Notes under the pieces: model-generated | What the model saw: only the letters and a program-made list of their open reading frames with translations | What the model was told of the DNA's origin: nothing | Databases searched by the model: none | DNA from: Glycera tridactyla | Taxonomy: Eukaryota | Reading direction: 5' to 3' | Assembly (NCBI GenBank): GCA_965644265.1 | Contig: OZ286469.1 | Location: 62,930,001 to 62,994,000, forward strand | DNA: 64,000 nucleotides | Shown here: piece after piece, positions 23,121-36,338 of the stretch | How positions within the stretch are numbered: the stretch's first letter is position 1 | Layout of the letters: each line of letters begins with the position of its first letter | Position numbers and translations under genes: made by a program

Positions 23121-24271
23121 CCTAGGAAACACCATCATGGAGACACCTACAAACACACTCACACAACCACCACACACACCAACAAACAGCAGTGTAGTAG
23201 CAACAGCAATCATGTCGCCAACCACACAGATGCTCCCAAACAAACCGCGCAGCAGACAGCTCAACCCTATCCCCACAGCAGAAGAGTTAGCAGCACATCA
23301 GAAACAGAATAGCAGACATCAGATCAAGATGCCATCTCCTAGGATCACAACAAAAACTGTGGAGAAAGCCAGCAACCCACCGATCAAGTATCTGTCCAAC
23401 TATGACAGATACTACGAGCACCTCTACCTTCCAGAGGGCACCTGAAGTAGGGCAGGGAGAAGTCGAGATCGAAGCACTAGACTGCTTCTCTAGGAAGTAC
23501 GGGCTTATCCCATCATCCTATGTGATCCAGATGGTGTCAGACAAACAGCACATTGACAGGTCATCCAACAAACAGCATGTCCAGATCCACTGGGTAGAGG
23601 GACACTACATCACCTCACAACTCAAAAACAAGAAACTGAAGATCTGGGACTCTAGACCAACCAAAAACATCATCCAGAGGCTCACCCCACAGATCAAGGC
23701 GCTCTATGAGGAGAGCCAATTCGACCTGGTGCAGCACAGAATAGTGCAGAACCAGAATAACAGCACAGACTGTGGCCCCTTCGCAGCAGCCTTCGCCCAA
23801 ATCCTGGTCATGACGAAGGCTGACTTGGGACAAATTGAGTTCCAGCAGGGCTCAATACGGGAAAAATTCCAGGCCAACCTCAACACCCTGGAGTCTCTGC
23901 CCTTCAAAACGAAGAGGAATCCGTTGAAAATCAACGATATCCTTGACCAGGCTGCCTCAAATGAAGTCTTTGCCAGGCAGACCATTCTAGAAGAAGCAGC
24001 TGGAAAATTCCCTAGTCTAGCAGAAGCAGCGGATTTAGCCAGTAAACACAGCAAGAGGGAGCTGAAAGAAGTGGTCAGCCCCACAAGATCACCACCCACA
24101 CCACGAAGACAACAACAACCAGACAGGCCCAAAACACACACCAGCTTCAAAGACAAGCTGACAGCACCCGCCGCAACATCACAGCCAGCCCTGCATACAG
24201 TACAGACTATCAGGTCCTGGACAATCATGCGCTGGTGTGTGCCCCAACACCACAGGATCAGCAGCTTATGA
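23095..24271 (+). pseudogene. ORF1/Ulp1-like fragment with one frameshift upstream of the protease core, U8
   Basis: 1-nt deletion near 23437; the catalytic core stays open in 23402-24271. Confidence 0.75.
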
Positions 24272-24826
24272 CACAGGATCAGCGGCCTATGACACAGATG
24301 GGCACGCCTGCCATGCAGGATTTCAATTGACATCAGTTACAAGTAAGCAAGATGATTACATTGCATTGTCAAAAGACAATTTGGCCAACATGAAAGATGT
24401 TTTTAGTATGTTACTAACAATTCTCCGCACACTGCAATGATATGGGCATACAAGCAAATTTTTTTTGCATCTCAATCATTGCTGTTGGTGACTTGATGCA
24501 GTTATCACCAGTCAATATTCTAATATATGTGATTTTGAGTAAATTTCACTGAAACTCCAAAAAGAAGATCATGTACAAAACCTCATTCAATGGTCTGCAA
24601 CATTTGAAGTTCTCAATCAATATGGACAAATTATACATCAATCGATGCAAAATCTCGTCCTGCATTGATGTTCCAAATTTGATGAAGATCCTTCAGAGTT
24701 GTGGAAGAATTTGACGAGGAATGGATATGAAGCTAGACGAAATCACTTCCTGGCTTCATTTTCGACTGCTGAAACAATCATGACCATCAGTTGCTTTCGC
24801 TCACGTCCGTGAGTGTGCCTTATATC

Positions 24827-25546
24827 ATGAAAGAAAAGGCTCACTTGCCTATCGCTACCCAGACGACGTCTGCAGTTACTATATCTTCGTCGTTGCAAAC
24901 CAAGAGAGAACCTGTCGTCGTACAGTCCCCGAAGGTACTCATCATGGGCAGCTCCCATGTTGCCAGGATTCCCTCCAGTGCCCTGCAGGGTGCCACCAAC
25001 GTGTCTCTAGCCGGTCGCGAGGGATATACTTGGGGTGATGCCCTAAAAGTGCTCCAGGGCAGGATGGAACCAGCCCGGGGGACCGTGCCCCTCAGCGATC
25101 TACAGCAGTTAATACTTGATAGTGATGTGTGCGTGTTTGTCTACGGTTCTAACGATTTGGCCCGTAGATTCTTTGATGTGAAGCTGGGGGTGTGTCGAGG
25201 GCCTACCTCAGCTGAGGTTGTTGCAGATATGAAAGCCTTTCTATCTTATGTTCTCTACCTTCGAATGAAGGCTGGTTTGCCTGTGCCACGTATCCACATG
25301 TTGAGTGTTCTTGTGAGGCCAGATTGGGGACAAGAACTTGTGGATGCCGCGTGGAGGGTGAATGACGCTGTTTCAGCTCACCCTGACGTGGCATCTTTAA
25401 TCATCCCTTTCTGGTTTCACCCGGAGTCCCACATCCGCCCTCTGACTGCACGAGGAAGTGTGGACAACAAGCATCTGCATCCCTATCTTTACAAAGAACT
25501 ATTGAAGACTATAAAATGCGAGGTGAGGGGTCATGCTGACTGGTGA
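24827..25546 (+). CDS. SGNH1 U9, intact (6-nt C-terminal deletion)
   Basis: Ends ...RGHADW; all four blocks. Confidence 0.8.
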   Translation: MKEKAHLPIATQTTSAVTISSSLQTKREPVVVQSPKVLIMGSSHVARIPSSALQGATNVSLAGREGYTWGDALKVLQGRMEPARGTVPLSDLQQLILDSDVCVFVYGSNDLARRFFDVKLGVCRGPTSAEVVADMKAFLSYVLYLRMKAGLPVPRIHMLSVLVRPDWGQELVDAAWRVNDAVSAHPDVASLIIPFWFHPESHIRPLTARGSVDNKHLHPYLYKELLKTIKCEVRGHADW

Positions 25547-25565
25547 GAGGTGATGTTTCTGTATT

Positions 25566-26135
25566 ATGTCCCTTTTGTATGTTCATAAATATACTGCCTC
25601 GAGCGCTGCTGCTACTATATCTACCAAGACTGCTGCGGTCTCTGCGACTATCTCTACACAGACTGCTACATCGAAAGCCTCTGCTACTACTTCTACCCAG
25701 ACTGCTGCGTCCTCTACGACTATTTCGACACAGACTTCTGACGTGAAGGTTCAACCTGTATCAATACAGACTTTTGCAGTGCCATCCCTATCTTCGTCCT
25801 TGTCTTCTTCAGGTTCAAAAGTTCTCATCATGGGTAGCTCCCACGTGGCCCGGATTCCTGCTTCATTGCTAGAGGGAGCAACTAACGTGACTTTGGCTGG
25901 GCGAGAGGGCTTCACTTGGTCTGAAGCCCTACAAGTTTTGCAGGGAAGAAAGGAGCCTTCGCGTGGGGACTTGTCTGCTGCTGCAATCCGAGACTTGATT
26001 CTAACAAGTACTGTTAGAGAAACTGTCACCCAGCAAGCAGGCCAAAAACCCATCTCAGGAAATCCAATCAGTTTCCAGCCCAGCACTGGACGATCTGGGA
26101 TACACTCTATTGAACATAGAGAGCCTAGACACTAG
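25566..26135 (+). pseudogene. SGNH2 partial, U9
   Basis: As U1. Confidence 0.75.
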
Positions 26136-27287
26136 CCTAGGAAACACCATCATGGAGACACCTACAAACACACTCACACAACCACCACACACACCAACAT
26201 ACAGCAGTGTAGTAGCAACAGCAATCATGTCGCCAACCACACAGATGCTCCCAAACAAACCGCGCAGCAGACAGCTTAACCCTATCCCCACAGCAGAAGA
26301 GTTAGCAGCACATCAGAAACAGAATAGCAGACATCAGATCAAGATGCCATCTCCTAGGATCACAACAAAAACTGTGGAGAAAGCCAGCAACCCACCGATC
26401 AAGTATCTGTCCAACTATGACAGATACTACGAGCACCTCTACCTTCCAGAGAGGGCACCTGAAGTAGGGCAGGGAGAAGTCGAGATCGAAGCACTAGACT
26501 GCTTCTCTAGGAAGTACGGGCTTATCCCATCATCCTATGTGACCCAGATGGCGTCAGAAAAACAGCACATTGACAGGTCATCCAACAAACAGCATGTCCA
26601 GATCCACTGGGTAGAGGGACACTACATCACCTCACAACTCAAAAACAAGAAACTGAAGATCTGGGACTAGACCAACCAAAAACATCATCCAGGGGCTCAC
26701 CCCACAGATCAAGGCGCTCTATGAGGAGAGCCAATTCGACCTGGTGCAGCACAGAATAGTGCAGAACCAGAATAACAGCACAGACTGTGGCCCCTTCGCA
26801 GCAGCCTTCGCCCAAAATCCTGGTCATGACGAAGGCTGACTTGGGACAAATCAAGTTCCAGCAGGGCTCAATACGGGAAAAATTCCAGGCCAACCTCAAC
26901 ACCCTGGAGTCTCTGCCCTTCAAAACGAAGAGGAATCCGTTGAAAATCAACGACATCCTTGACCAGGCTGCCTCAAATGAAGTCTTTGCCAGGCAGACCA
27001 TTCTAGAAGAAGCAGCTGGAAAATTCCCTGGTCTAGCAGAAGCAGCGGATTTAGCCAGTAAACACAGCAAGAGGGAGCTGAAAGGAGTGGTCAGCCCCAC
27101 AAGATCACCACCCACACCACGAAGACAACAACAACCAGACAGGCCCAAAACACACACCAGCTTCAAAGACAAGCTGACAGCACCCGCCGCAACATCACAG
27201 CCAGCCCTGCATACAGTACAGACTATCAGGTCCTGGACAATCATGCGCTGGTGTGTGCCCCAACACCACAAGATCAGCAGCTTATGA
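26110..27287 (+). pseudogene. ORF1/Ulp1-like fragment, disrupted, U9
   Basis: CT-deletion stop at 26670; extra 1-nt insertion near 26815. Confidence 0.8.
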
Positions 27288-27841
27288 CACAGGATCAGCG
27301 GCCTATGACACAGATGGGCACGCCTGCCACGCAGGATTTCAATTGACATCAGTTAAAAGTAAGCAAGATGATTACATTGCATTGTCAAAAGACAATTTGG
27401 CCAACATGAAAGATGTTTTCAGTATGTTACTAACAATTCTCCGCACACTGCAATGATATGGGCATACAAGCTAATTTTTTTGCATCTCAGTCATTGCTGT
27501 TGGTGACTTGATGCAGTTATCACCAGTCAATATTCTAATATATGTGATTTTGAGTAAATTTCACTGAAACTCCAAAAAGAAGATCATGTACAAAACCTCA
27601 TTCACTGGTCTGCAACATTTGAAGTTCTCAATCAATATGGACAAATTATACATCAATCGATGCAAAATCTCGTCCTGCATTGATGTTCCAAATTTGGTGA
27701 AGATCCTTCAGAGTTGTGGAAGAATTTGACGAGGAATGGATATGAAGCTAGACGAAATCACTTCCTGGCTTCATTTTCGACTGCTGAAACAATCATGACC
27801 ATCAGTTGCTTTCGCTCACGTCCGTGAGTGTGCCTTATATC

Positions 27842-28561
27842 ATGAAAGAAAATGCTCACTTGCCTATCGCTACCCAGACGTTGTCTGCAGTTACTATATC
27901 TTTGTCGTTGCAAACCAAGAGAGAACCTGTCGTCGTACAGTCCCCGAAGGTACTCATCATGGGCAGCTCCCATGTTGCCAGGATTCCCTCCAGTGCCCTG
28001 CAGGGTGCCACCAACGTGTCTCTAGCCGGTCGCGAGGGATATACTTGGGGTGATGCCCTAAAAGTGCTCCAGGGCAGGATGGAACCAGCCCGGGGGACCG
28101 TGCCCCTCAGCGATCTACAGCAGTTAATACTTGATAGTGATGTGTGCGTGTTTGTCTACGGTTCTAACGATTTGGCCCGTAGATTCTCTGATGTGAAGCT
28201 GGGGGTGTGTCGAGGGCCTACCTCAGCTGAGGTTGTTGCAGATATGAAAGCCTTTCTATCTTATGTTCTCTACCTTCGAGTGAAGGCTGGTTTGCCTGTG
28301 CCACGTATCCACGTGTTGAGTGTTCTTGTGAGGCCAGATTGGGGACAAGAACTTGTGGATGCCGCGTGGAGGGTGAATGACGCTGTTTCAGCTCACCCTG
28401 ACGTGGCATCTTTAATCATCCCTTTCTGGTTTCACCCGGAGTCCCACATCCGCCCTCTGACTGCACGAGGAAGTGTGGACAACAAGCATCTGCATCCCTA
28501 TCTTTACAAAGAACTATTGAAGACTATAAAATGCGAGGTGAGGGGTCATGCTGACTGGTGA
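27842..28561 (+). CDS. SGNH1 U10, intact (same 6-nt deletion as U9)
   Basis: All four blocks. Confidence 0.8.
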   Translation: MKENAHLPIATQTLSAVTISLSLQTKREPVVVQSPKVLIMGSSHVARIPSSALQGATNVSLAGREGYTWGDALKVLQGRMEPARGTVPLSDLQQLILDSDVCVFVYGSNDLARRFSDVKLGVCRGPTSAEVVADMKAFLSYVLYLRVKAGLPVPRIHVLSVLVRPDWGQELVDAAWRVNDAVSAHPDVASLIIPFWFHPESHIRPLTARGSVDNKHLHPYLYKELLKTIKCEVRGHADW

Positions 28562-28580
28562 GAGGTGATGTTTCTGTATT

Positions 28581-29150
28581 ATGTCCCTTTTGTATGTTCA
28601 TAAATATACTGCCTCGAGCGCTGCTGCTACTATATCTACCAAGACTGCTGCGGTCTCTGCGACTATCTCTACACAGACTGCTACATCGAGCGCCTCTGCT
28701 ACTACTTCTACCCAGACTGCTGCGTCCTCTACGACTATTTCGACACAGACGTCCGACGTGAAGGTTCAACCTGTATCAATACAGACTTTTGCAGTGCCAT
28801 CCCTATCTTCGTCCTTGTCTTCTTCAGGTTCAAAAGTTCTCATCATGGGTAGCTCCTACGTTGCCCGGATTCCTGCTTCATTGCTAGAGGGAGCAACTAA
28901 CGTGACTTTGGCTGGGCGAGAGGGCTTCACTTGGTCTGAAGCCCTACAAGTTTTGCAGGGAAGAAAGGAGCCTTCGCGTGGGGACTTGTCTGCTGCTGCA
29001 ATCCGAGACTTGATTCTAACAAGTACTGTTAGAGAAACTGTCACCCAGCAAGCAGGACAAAAACCCATCTCAGGAAATCCAATCAGTTTCCAGCCCAGCA
29101 CTGGACGATCTGGGATACACTCTATTGAACATAGAGAGCCTAGACACTAG
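28581..29150 (+). pseudogene. SGNH2 partial, U10
   Basis: GSSY variant, shared with U11. Confidence 0.75.
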
Positions 29151-30301
29151 CCTAGGAAACACCATCATGCGGACACCTACAAACACACTCACACAACCAC
29201 CACACACACCAACATACAGCAGTGTAGTAGCAACAGCAATCATGTCGCCAACCACACAGATGCTCCCAAACAAACCGGGCAGCAGACAGCTTAACCCTAT
29301 CCCCACAGCAGAAGAGTTAGCAGCACATCAGAAACAGAATAGCAGACATCAGATCAAGATGCCATCTCCTAGGATCACAACAAAAACTGTGGAGAAAGCC
29401 AGCGACCCACCGATCAAGTATCTGTCCAACTATGACAGATACTATGAGCACCTCTACCTTCCAGAGAGGGCACCTGAAGTAGGGCAGGGAGAAGTCGAGA
29501 TCGAAGCACGACTGCTTCTCTAGGAAGTACGGGCTTATCCCATCATCCTATGTGACCCAGATGGCGTCAGACAAACAGCACATTGACAGGTCATCCAACA
29601 AACAGCATGTCCAGATCCACTGGGTAGAGGGACACTACATCACCTCATAACTCAAAAACAAGAAACTGAAGATCTGGGACTCTAGACCAACCAAAAACAT
29701 CATCCAGAGGCTCACCCCACAGATCAAGCTGCTCTATGAGGAGAGCCAATTCGACCTGGTGCAGCACAGAATAGTGCAGAACCAGAATAACAGCACAGAC
29801 TGTGGCCCCTTCGCAGCAGCCTTCGCCCAAATCCTGGTCATGACGAAGGCTGACTAGGGACAAATTGAGTTCCAGCAGGGCTCAATACGGGAAAAATTCC
29901 AGGCCAACCTCAACACCCTGGAGTCTCTGCCCTTCAAAACGAAGAGGAATCCGTTGAAAATCAACGACATCCTTGACCAGGCTGCCTCAAATGAAGTCTT
30001 TGCCAGGCAGACCATTCTAGAAGAAGCAGCTGGAAAATTCCCTAGTCTAGCAATAGCAGCGGATTTAGCCAGTAAACACAGCAAGAGGGAGCTGAAAGAA
30101 GTGGTCAGCCCCACAAGATCACCACCCACACCACGAAGACAACAACAACCAGACAGGCCCAAAACACACACCAGCTTCAAAGACAAGCTGACAGCACCCG
30201 CCGCAACATCACAGCCAGCCCTGCATACAGTACAGACTATCAGGTCCTGGACAATCATGCGCTGGTGTGTGCCCCAACACCACAAGATCAGCAGCTTATG
30301 A
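29125..30301 (+). pseudogene. ORF1/Ulp1-like fragment, disrupted, U10
   Basis: 2-nt deletion (GAAGCAC^GACTG) plus nonsense changes; shared with U11. Confidence 0.8.
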
Positions 30302-30386
30302 CACAGGATCAGCGGCCTATGACACAGATGGGCACGCCTGCCATGCAGGATTTCAATTGACATCAGTCACAAGTAAGCAAGATGAT

Positions 30387-30542
30387 TACATTGCATTGTC
30401 AAAAGACAATTTGGCCAACATGAAAGATGTTTTCAGTATGTTACTAACAATTCTCCGCACACTGCAATGATATGGGCATACAAGCTAATTTTTTTGCATC
30501 TCAATCATTGCTGTTGGTGACTTGATGCAGTTATCACCAGTC
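30387..30542 (+). pseudogene. PIF1-helicase relic, in-frame (T7) version
   Basis: With seven T the whole YIALSKDNL...SIIAVGDLMQLSPV segment is in one frame with two stops. Confidence 0.72.
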
Positions 30543-30855
30543 AATATTCTAATATATGTGATTTTGAGTAAATTTCACTGAAACTCCAAAAAGAAGATCA
30601 TGTACAAAACCTCATTCAATGGTCTGCAACATTTGATGTTCTCAATCAATATGGACAAATTATACATCAATCGATGCAAAATCTCGTCCTGCATTGATGT
30701 TCCAAATTTGGTGAAGATCCGTCAGAGTTGTGGAAGAATTTGACGAGGAATGGATATGAAGCTAGACGAAATCAGTTCCTGGCTTCATTTTCGACTGCTG
30801 AAACAATCATGACCATCAGTTGCTTTCGCTCACGTCCGTGAGTGTGCCTTATATC

Positions 30856-31581
30856 ATGAAAGAAAAGGCTCACTTGCCTATCGCTACCCAGACGTTGTCT
30901 GCAGTTACTATATCTTCGTCGTCACAAACCAAGAGAGAACCTGTCGTCGTACAGTCCCCGAAGGTACTCATCATGGGCAGCTCCCATGTTGCCAGGATTC
31001 CCTCCAGTGCCCTGCAGGGTGCCACCAACGTGTCTCTAGCCGGTCGCGAGGGATATACTTGGGGTGATGCCCTAAAAGTGCTCCAGGGCAGGATGGAACC
31101 AGCCCGGGGGACCGTGCCCCTCAGCGATCTACAGCAGTTAATACTTGATAGTGATGTGTGCGTGTTTGTCTACGGTTCTAACGATTTGGCCCGTAGATTC
31201 TTTGATGTGAAGCTGGGGGTGTGTCGAGGGCCTACCTCAGCTGAGGTTGTTGCAGATATGAAAGCCTTTCTATCTTATGTTCTCTACCTTCGAGTAAAGG
31301 CTGGTTTGCCTGTGCCACGTATCTACGTGTTGAGTGTTCTTGTGAGGCCAGATTGGGGACAAGAACTTGTGGATGCCGCGTGGAGGGTGAATGACGCTGT
31401 TTCAGCTCACCCTGACGTGGCATCTTTAATCATCCCTTTCTGGTTTCACCCGGAGTCCCACATCCGCCCTCTGACTGCACGAGGAAGTGTGGACAACAAG
31501 CATCTGCATCCCTATCTTTACAAAGAACTATTGAAGACTATAAAATGCGAGGTGAGGGGTCATGCTCCTGGTGACTGGTGA
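30856..31581 (+). CDS. SGNH1 U11, intact
   Basis: All four blocks. Confidence 0.8.
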   Translation: MKEKAHLPIATQTLSAVTISSSSQTKREPVVVQSPKVLIMGSSHVARIPSSALQGATNVSLAGREGYTWGDALKVLQGRMEPARGTVPLSDLQQLILDSDVCVFVYGSNDLARRFFDVKLGVCRGPTSAEVVADMKAFLSYVLYLRVKAGLPVPRIYVLSVLVRPDWGQELVDAAWRVNDAVSAHPDVASLIIPFWFHPESHIRPLTARGSVDNKHLHPYLYKELLKTIKCEVRGHAPGDW

Positions 31582-31600
31582 GAGGTGATGTTTCTGTATT

Positions 31601-32170
31601 ATGTCCCTTTTGTATGTTCATAAATATACTGCCTCGAGCGCTGCTGCTACTATATCTACCAAGACTGCTGCGGTCTCTGCGACTATTTCTACACAGACTG
31701 CTACATCGAGCGCCTCTGCTACTACTTCTACCCAGACTGCTGCGTCCTCTACGACTATTTCGACACAGACGTCCGACGTGAAGGTTCAACCTGTATCAAT
31801 ACAGACTTTTGCAGTGCCATCCCTATCTTCGTCCTTCTCTTCTTCAGGTTCAAAAGTTCTCATCATGGGTAGCTCCTACGTTGCCCGGATTCCTGCTTCA
31901 TTGCTAGAGGGAGCAACTAACGTGACTTTGGCTGGGCGAGAGGGCTTCACTTGGTCTGAAGCCCTACAAGTTTTGCAGGGAAGAAAGGAGCCTTCGCGTG
32001 GGGACTTGTCTGCTGCTGCAATCCGAGACTTGATTCTAACAAGTACTGTTAGAGAAACTGTCACCCAGCAAGCAGGACAAAAACCCATCTCAGGAAATCC
32101 AATCAGTTTCCAGCCCAGCACTGGACGATCTGGGATACACTCTATTGAACATAGAGAGCCTAGACACTAG
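31601..32170 (+). pseudogene. SGNH2 partial, U11
   Basis: As U10. Confidence 0.75.
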
Positions 32171-33321
32171 CCTAGGAAACACCATCATGCAGACACCTAC
32201 AAACACACTCACACAACCACCACACACACCAACATACAGCAGTGTAGTAGCAACAGCAATCATGTCGCCAACCACACAGATGCTCCCAAACAAACCGGGC
32301 AGCAGACAGCTTAACCCTATCCCCACAGCAGAAGAGTTAGCAGCACATCAGAAACAGAATAGCAGACATCAGATCAAGATGCCATCTCCTAGGATCACAA
32401 CAAAAACTGTGGAGAAAGCCAGCAACCCACCGATCAAGTATCTGTCCAACTATGACAGATACTATGAGCACCTCTACCTTCCAGAGAGGGCACCTGAAGT
32501 AGGGCAGGGAGAAGTCGAGATCGAAGCACGACTGCTTCTCTAGGAAGTACGGGCTTATCCCATCATCCTATGTGACCCAGATGGCGTCAGACAAACAGCA
32601 CATTGACAGGTCATCCAACAAACAGCATGTCCAGATCCACTGGGTAGAGGGACACTACATCACCTCATAACTCAAAAACAAGAAACTGAAGATCTGGGAC
32701 TCTAGACCAACCAAAAACATCATCCAGAGGCTCACCCCACAGATCAAGCTGCTCTATGAGGAGAGCCAATTCGACCTGGTGCAGCACAGAATAGTGCAGA
32801 ACCAGAATAACAGCACAGACTGTGGCCCCTTCGCAGCAGCCTTCGCCCAAATCCTGGTCATGACGAAGGCTGACTAGGGACAAATTGAGTTCCAGCAGGG
32901 CTCAATACGGGAAAAATTCCAGGCCAACCTCAACACCCTGGAGTCTCTGCCCTTCAAAACGAAGAGGAATCCGTTGAAAATCAACGACATCCTTGACCAG
33001 GCTGCCTCAAATGAAGTCTTTGCCAGGCAGACCATTCTAGAAGAAGCAGCTGGAAAATTCCCTAGTCTAGCAGAAGCAGCGGATTTAGCCAGTAAACACA
33101 GCAAGAGGGAGCTGAAAGAAGTGGTCAGCCCCACAAGATCACCACCCACACCACGAAGACAACAACAACCAGACAGGCCCAAAACACACACCAGCTTCAA
33201 AGACAAGCTGACAGCACCCGCCGCAACATCACAGCCAGCCCTGCATACAGTACAGACTATCAGGTCCTGGACAATCATGCGCTGGTGTGTGCCCCAACAC
33301 CACAAGATCAGCAGCTTATGA
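32145..33321 (+). pseudogene. ORF1/Ulp1-like fragment, disrupted, U11
   Basis: Same lesions as U10. Confidence 0.8.
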
Positions 33322-33875
33322 CACAGGATCAGCGGCCTATGACACAGATGGGCACGCCTGCCATGCAGGATTTCAATTGACATCAGTAACAAGTAAGCAA
33401 GATGATTACATTGCATTGTCAAAAGACAATTTGGCCAACATGAAAGATGTTTTCAGTATGTTACTAACAATTCTCCGCACACTGCAATGATATGGGCATA
33501 CAAGCTAATTTTTTTGCATCTCAATCATTGCTGTTGGTGACTTGATGCAGTTATCACCAGTCAATATTCTAATATATGTGATTTTGAGTAAATTTCACTG
33601 AAACTCCAAAAAGAAGATCATGTACAAAACCTCATTCAATGGTCTGCAACATTTGATGTTCTCAATCAATATGGACAAATTATACATCAATCGATGCAAA
33701 ATCTCGTCCTGCATTGATGTTCCAAATTTGGTGAAGATCCGTCAGAGTTGTGGAAGAATTTGACGAGGAATGGATATGAAGCTAGACGAAATCAGTTCCT
33801 GGCTTCATTTTCGACTGCTGAAACAATCATGACCATCAGTTGCTTTCGCTCACGTCCGTGAGTGTGCCTTATATC

Positions 33876-34601
33876 ATGAAAGAAAAGGCTCACTTGCCTA
33901 TCGCTACCCAGACGTTGTCTGCAGTTACTATATCTTCGTCGTCGCAAACCAAGAGAGAACCTGTCGTCGTACAGTCCCCGAAGGTACTCATCATGGGCAG
34001 CTCCCATGTTGCCAGGATTCCCTCCAGTGCCCTGCAGGGTGCCACCAACGTGTCTCTAGCCGGTCGCGAGGGATATACTTGGGGTGATGCCCTAAAAGTG
34101 CTCCAGGGCAGGATGGAACCAGCCCGGGGGACCGTGCCCCTCAGCGATCTACAGCAGTTAATACTTGATAGTGATGTGTGCGTGTTTGTCTACGGTTCTA
34201 ACGATTTGGCCCGTAGATTCTTTGATGTGAAGCTGGGGGTGTGTCGAGGGCCTACCTCAGCTGAGGTTGTTGCAGATATGAAAGCCTTTCTATCTTATGT
34301 TCTCTACCTTCGAGTAAAGGCTGGTTTGCCTGTGCCACGTATCCACGTGTTGAGTGTTCTTGTGAGGCCAGATTGGGGACAAGAACTTGTGGATGCCGCG
34401 TGGAGGGTGAATGACGCTGTTTCAGCTCACCCTGACGTGGCATCTTTAATCATCCCTTTCTGGTTTCACCCGGAGTCCCACATCCGCCCTCTGACTGCAC
34501 GAGGAAGTGTGGACAACAAGCATCTGCATCCCTATCTTTACAAAGAACTATTGAAGACTATAAAATGCGAGGTGAGGGGTCATGCTCCTGGTGACTGGTG
34601 A
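33876..34601 (+). CDS. SGNH1 U12, intact
   Basis: All four blocks. Confidence 0.8.
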   Translation: MKEKAHLPIATQTLSAVTISSSSQTKREPVVVQSPKVLIMGSSHVARIPSSALQGATNVSLAGREGYTWGDALKVLQGRMEPARGTVPLSDLQQLILDSDVCVFVYGSNDLARRFFDVKLGVCRGPTSAEVVADMKAFLSYVLYLRVKAGLPVPRIHVLSVLVRPDWGQELVDAAWRVNDAVSAHPDVASLIIPFWFHPESHIRPLTARGSVDNKHLHPYLYKELLKTIKCEVRGHAPGDW

Positions 34602-34620
34602 GAGGTGATGTTTCTGTATT

Positions 34621-35190
34621 ATGTCCCTTTTGTATGTTCATAAATATACTGCCTCGAGCGCTGCTGCTACTATATCTACCAAGACTGCTGCGGTCTCTGC
34701 GACTATTTCTACACAGACTGCTACATCGAGCGCCTCTGCTACTACTTCTACCCAGACTGCTGCGTCCTCTACGACTATTTCGACACAGACGTCCGACGTG
34801 AAGGTTCAACCTGTATCAATACAGACTTTTGCAGTGCCATCCCTATCTTCGTCCTTCTCTTCTTCAGGTTCAAAAGTTCTCATCATGGGTAGCTCCCACG
34901 TGGCCCGGATTCCTGCTTCATTGCTAGAGGGAGCAACTAACGTGACTTTGGCTGGGCGAGAGGGCTTCACTTGGTCTGAAGCCTTACAAGTTTTGCAGGG
35001 AAGAAAGGAGCCTTCGCGTGGGGACTTGTCTGCTGCTGCAATCCGAGACTTGATTCTAACAAGTACTGTTAGAGAAACTGTCACCCAGCAAGCAGGACAA
35101 AAACCCATCTCAGGAAATCCAATCAGTTTCCAGCCCAGCACTGGACGATCTGGGATACACTCTATTGAACATAGAGAGCCTAGACACTAG
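34621..35190 (+). pseudogene. SGNH2 partial, U12
   Basis: As U1. Confidence 0.75.
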
Positions 35191-36338
35191 CCTAGAAAAC
35201 ACCATCATGGAGACACCTACAAACACACTCACACAACCACCACACACACCAACATACAGCAGTGTAGTAGCAACAGCAATCATGTCGCCAACCACACAGA
35301 TGCTCCCAAACAAACCGGGCAGCAGACAGCTTAACCCTATCCCCACAGCAGAAGAGTTAGCAGCACATCAGAAACAGAATAGCAGACATCAGATCAAGAT
35401 GCCATCTCCTAGGATCACAACAAAAACTGTGGAGAAAGCCAGCAACCCACCGATCAAGTATCTGTCCAACTATGACAGATACTACGAGCACCTCTACCTT
35501 CCAGAGAGGGCACCTGAAGTAGGGCAGGGAGAAGTCGAGATCGAAGCACTAGACTGCTTCTCTAGGAAGTACGGGCTTATCCCATCATCCTATGTAACCC
35601 AGATGGCGTCAGAAAAACAGCACATTGACAGGTCATCCAACGAACAGCATGTCCAGATCCACTGGGTAGAGGGACACTACATCACCTCACAACTCAAAAA
35701 CAAGAAACTGAAGATCTGGGACTAGACCAACCAAAAACATCATCCAGAGGCTCACCCCACAGATCAAGGCGCTCTATGAGGAGAGCCAATTCGACCTGGT
35801 GCAGCACAGAATAGTGCAGAACCAGAATAACAGCACAGACTGTGGCCCCTTCGCAGCAGCCTTCGCCCAAATCCTGGTCATGACGAAGGCTGACTTGGGA
35901 CAAATCGAGTTCCAGCAGGGCTCAATACGGGAAAAATTCCAGGCCAACCTCAACACCCTGGAGTCTCTGCCCTTCAAAACGAAGAGGAATCCGTTGAAAA
36001 TCAACGACATCCTTGACCAGGCTGCCTCAAATGAAGTCTTTGCCAGGCAGACCATTCTAGAAGAAGCAGCTGGAAAATTCCCTAGTCTAGCAATAGCAGC
36101 GGATTTAGCCAGTAAACACAGCAAGAGGGAGCTGAAAGAAGTGGTCAGCCCCACAAGATCACCACCCACACCACGAAGACAACAACAACCAGACAGGCCC
36201 AAAACACACACCAGCTTCAAAGACAAGCTGACAGCACCCGCCGCAACATCACAGCCAGCCCTGCATACAGTACAGACTATCAGGTCCTGGACAATCATGC
36301 GCTGGTGTGTGCCCCAACACCACAGGATCAGCAGCTAA
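35165..36338 (+). pseudogene. ORF1/Ulp1-like fragment, disrupted, U12
   Basis: CT-deletion stop at 35725. Confidence 0.8.
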
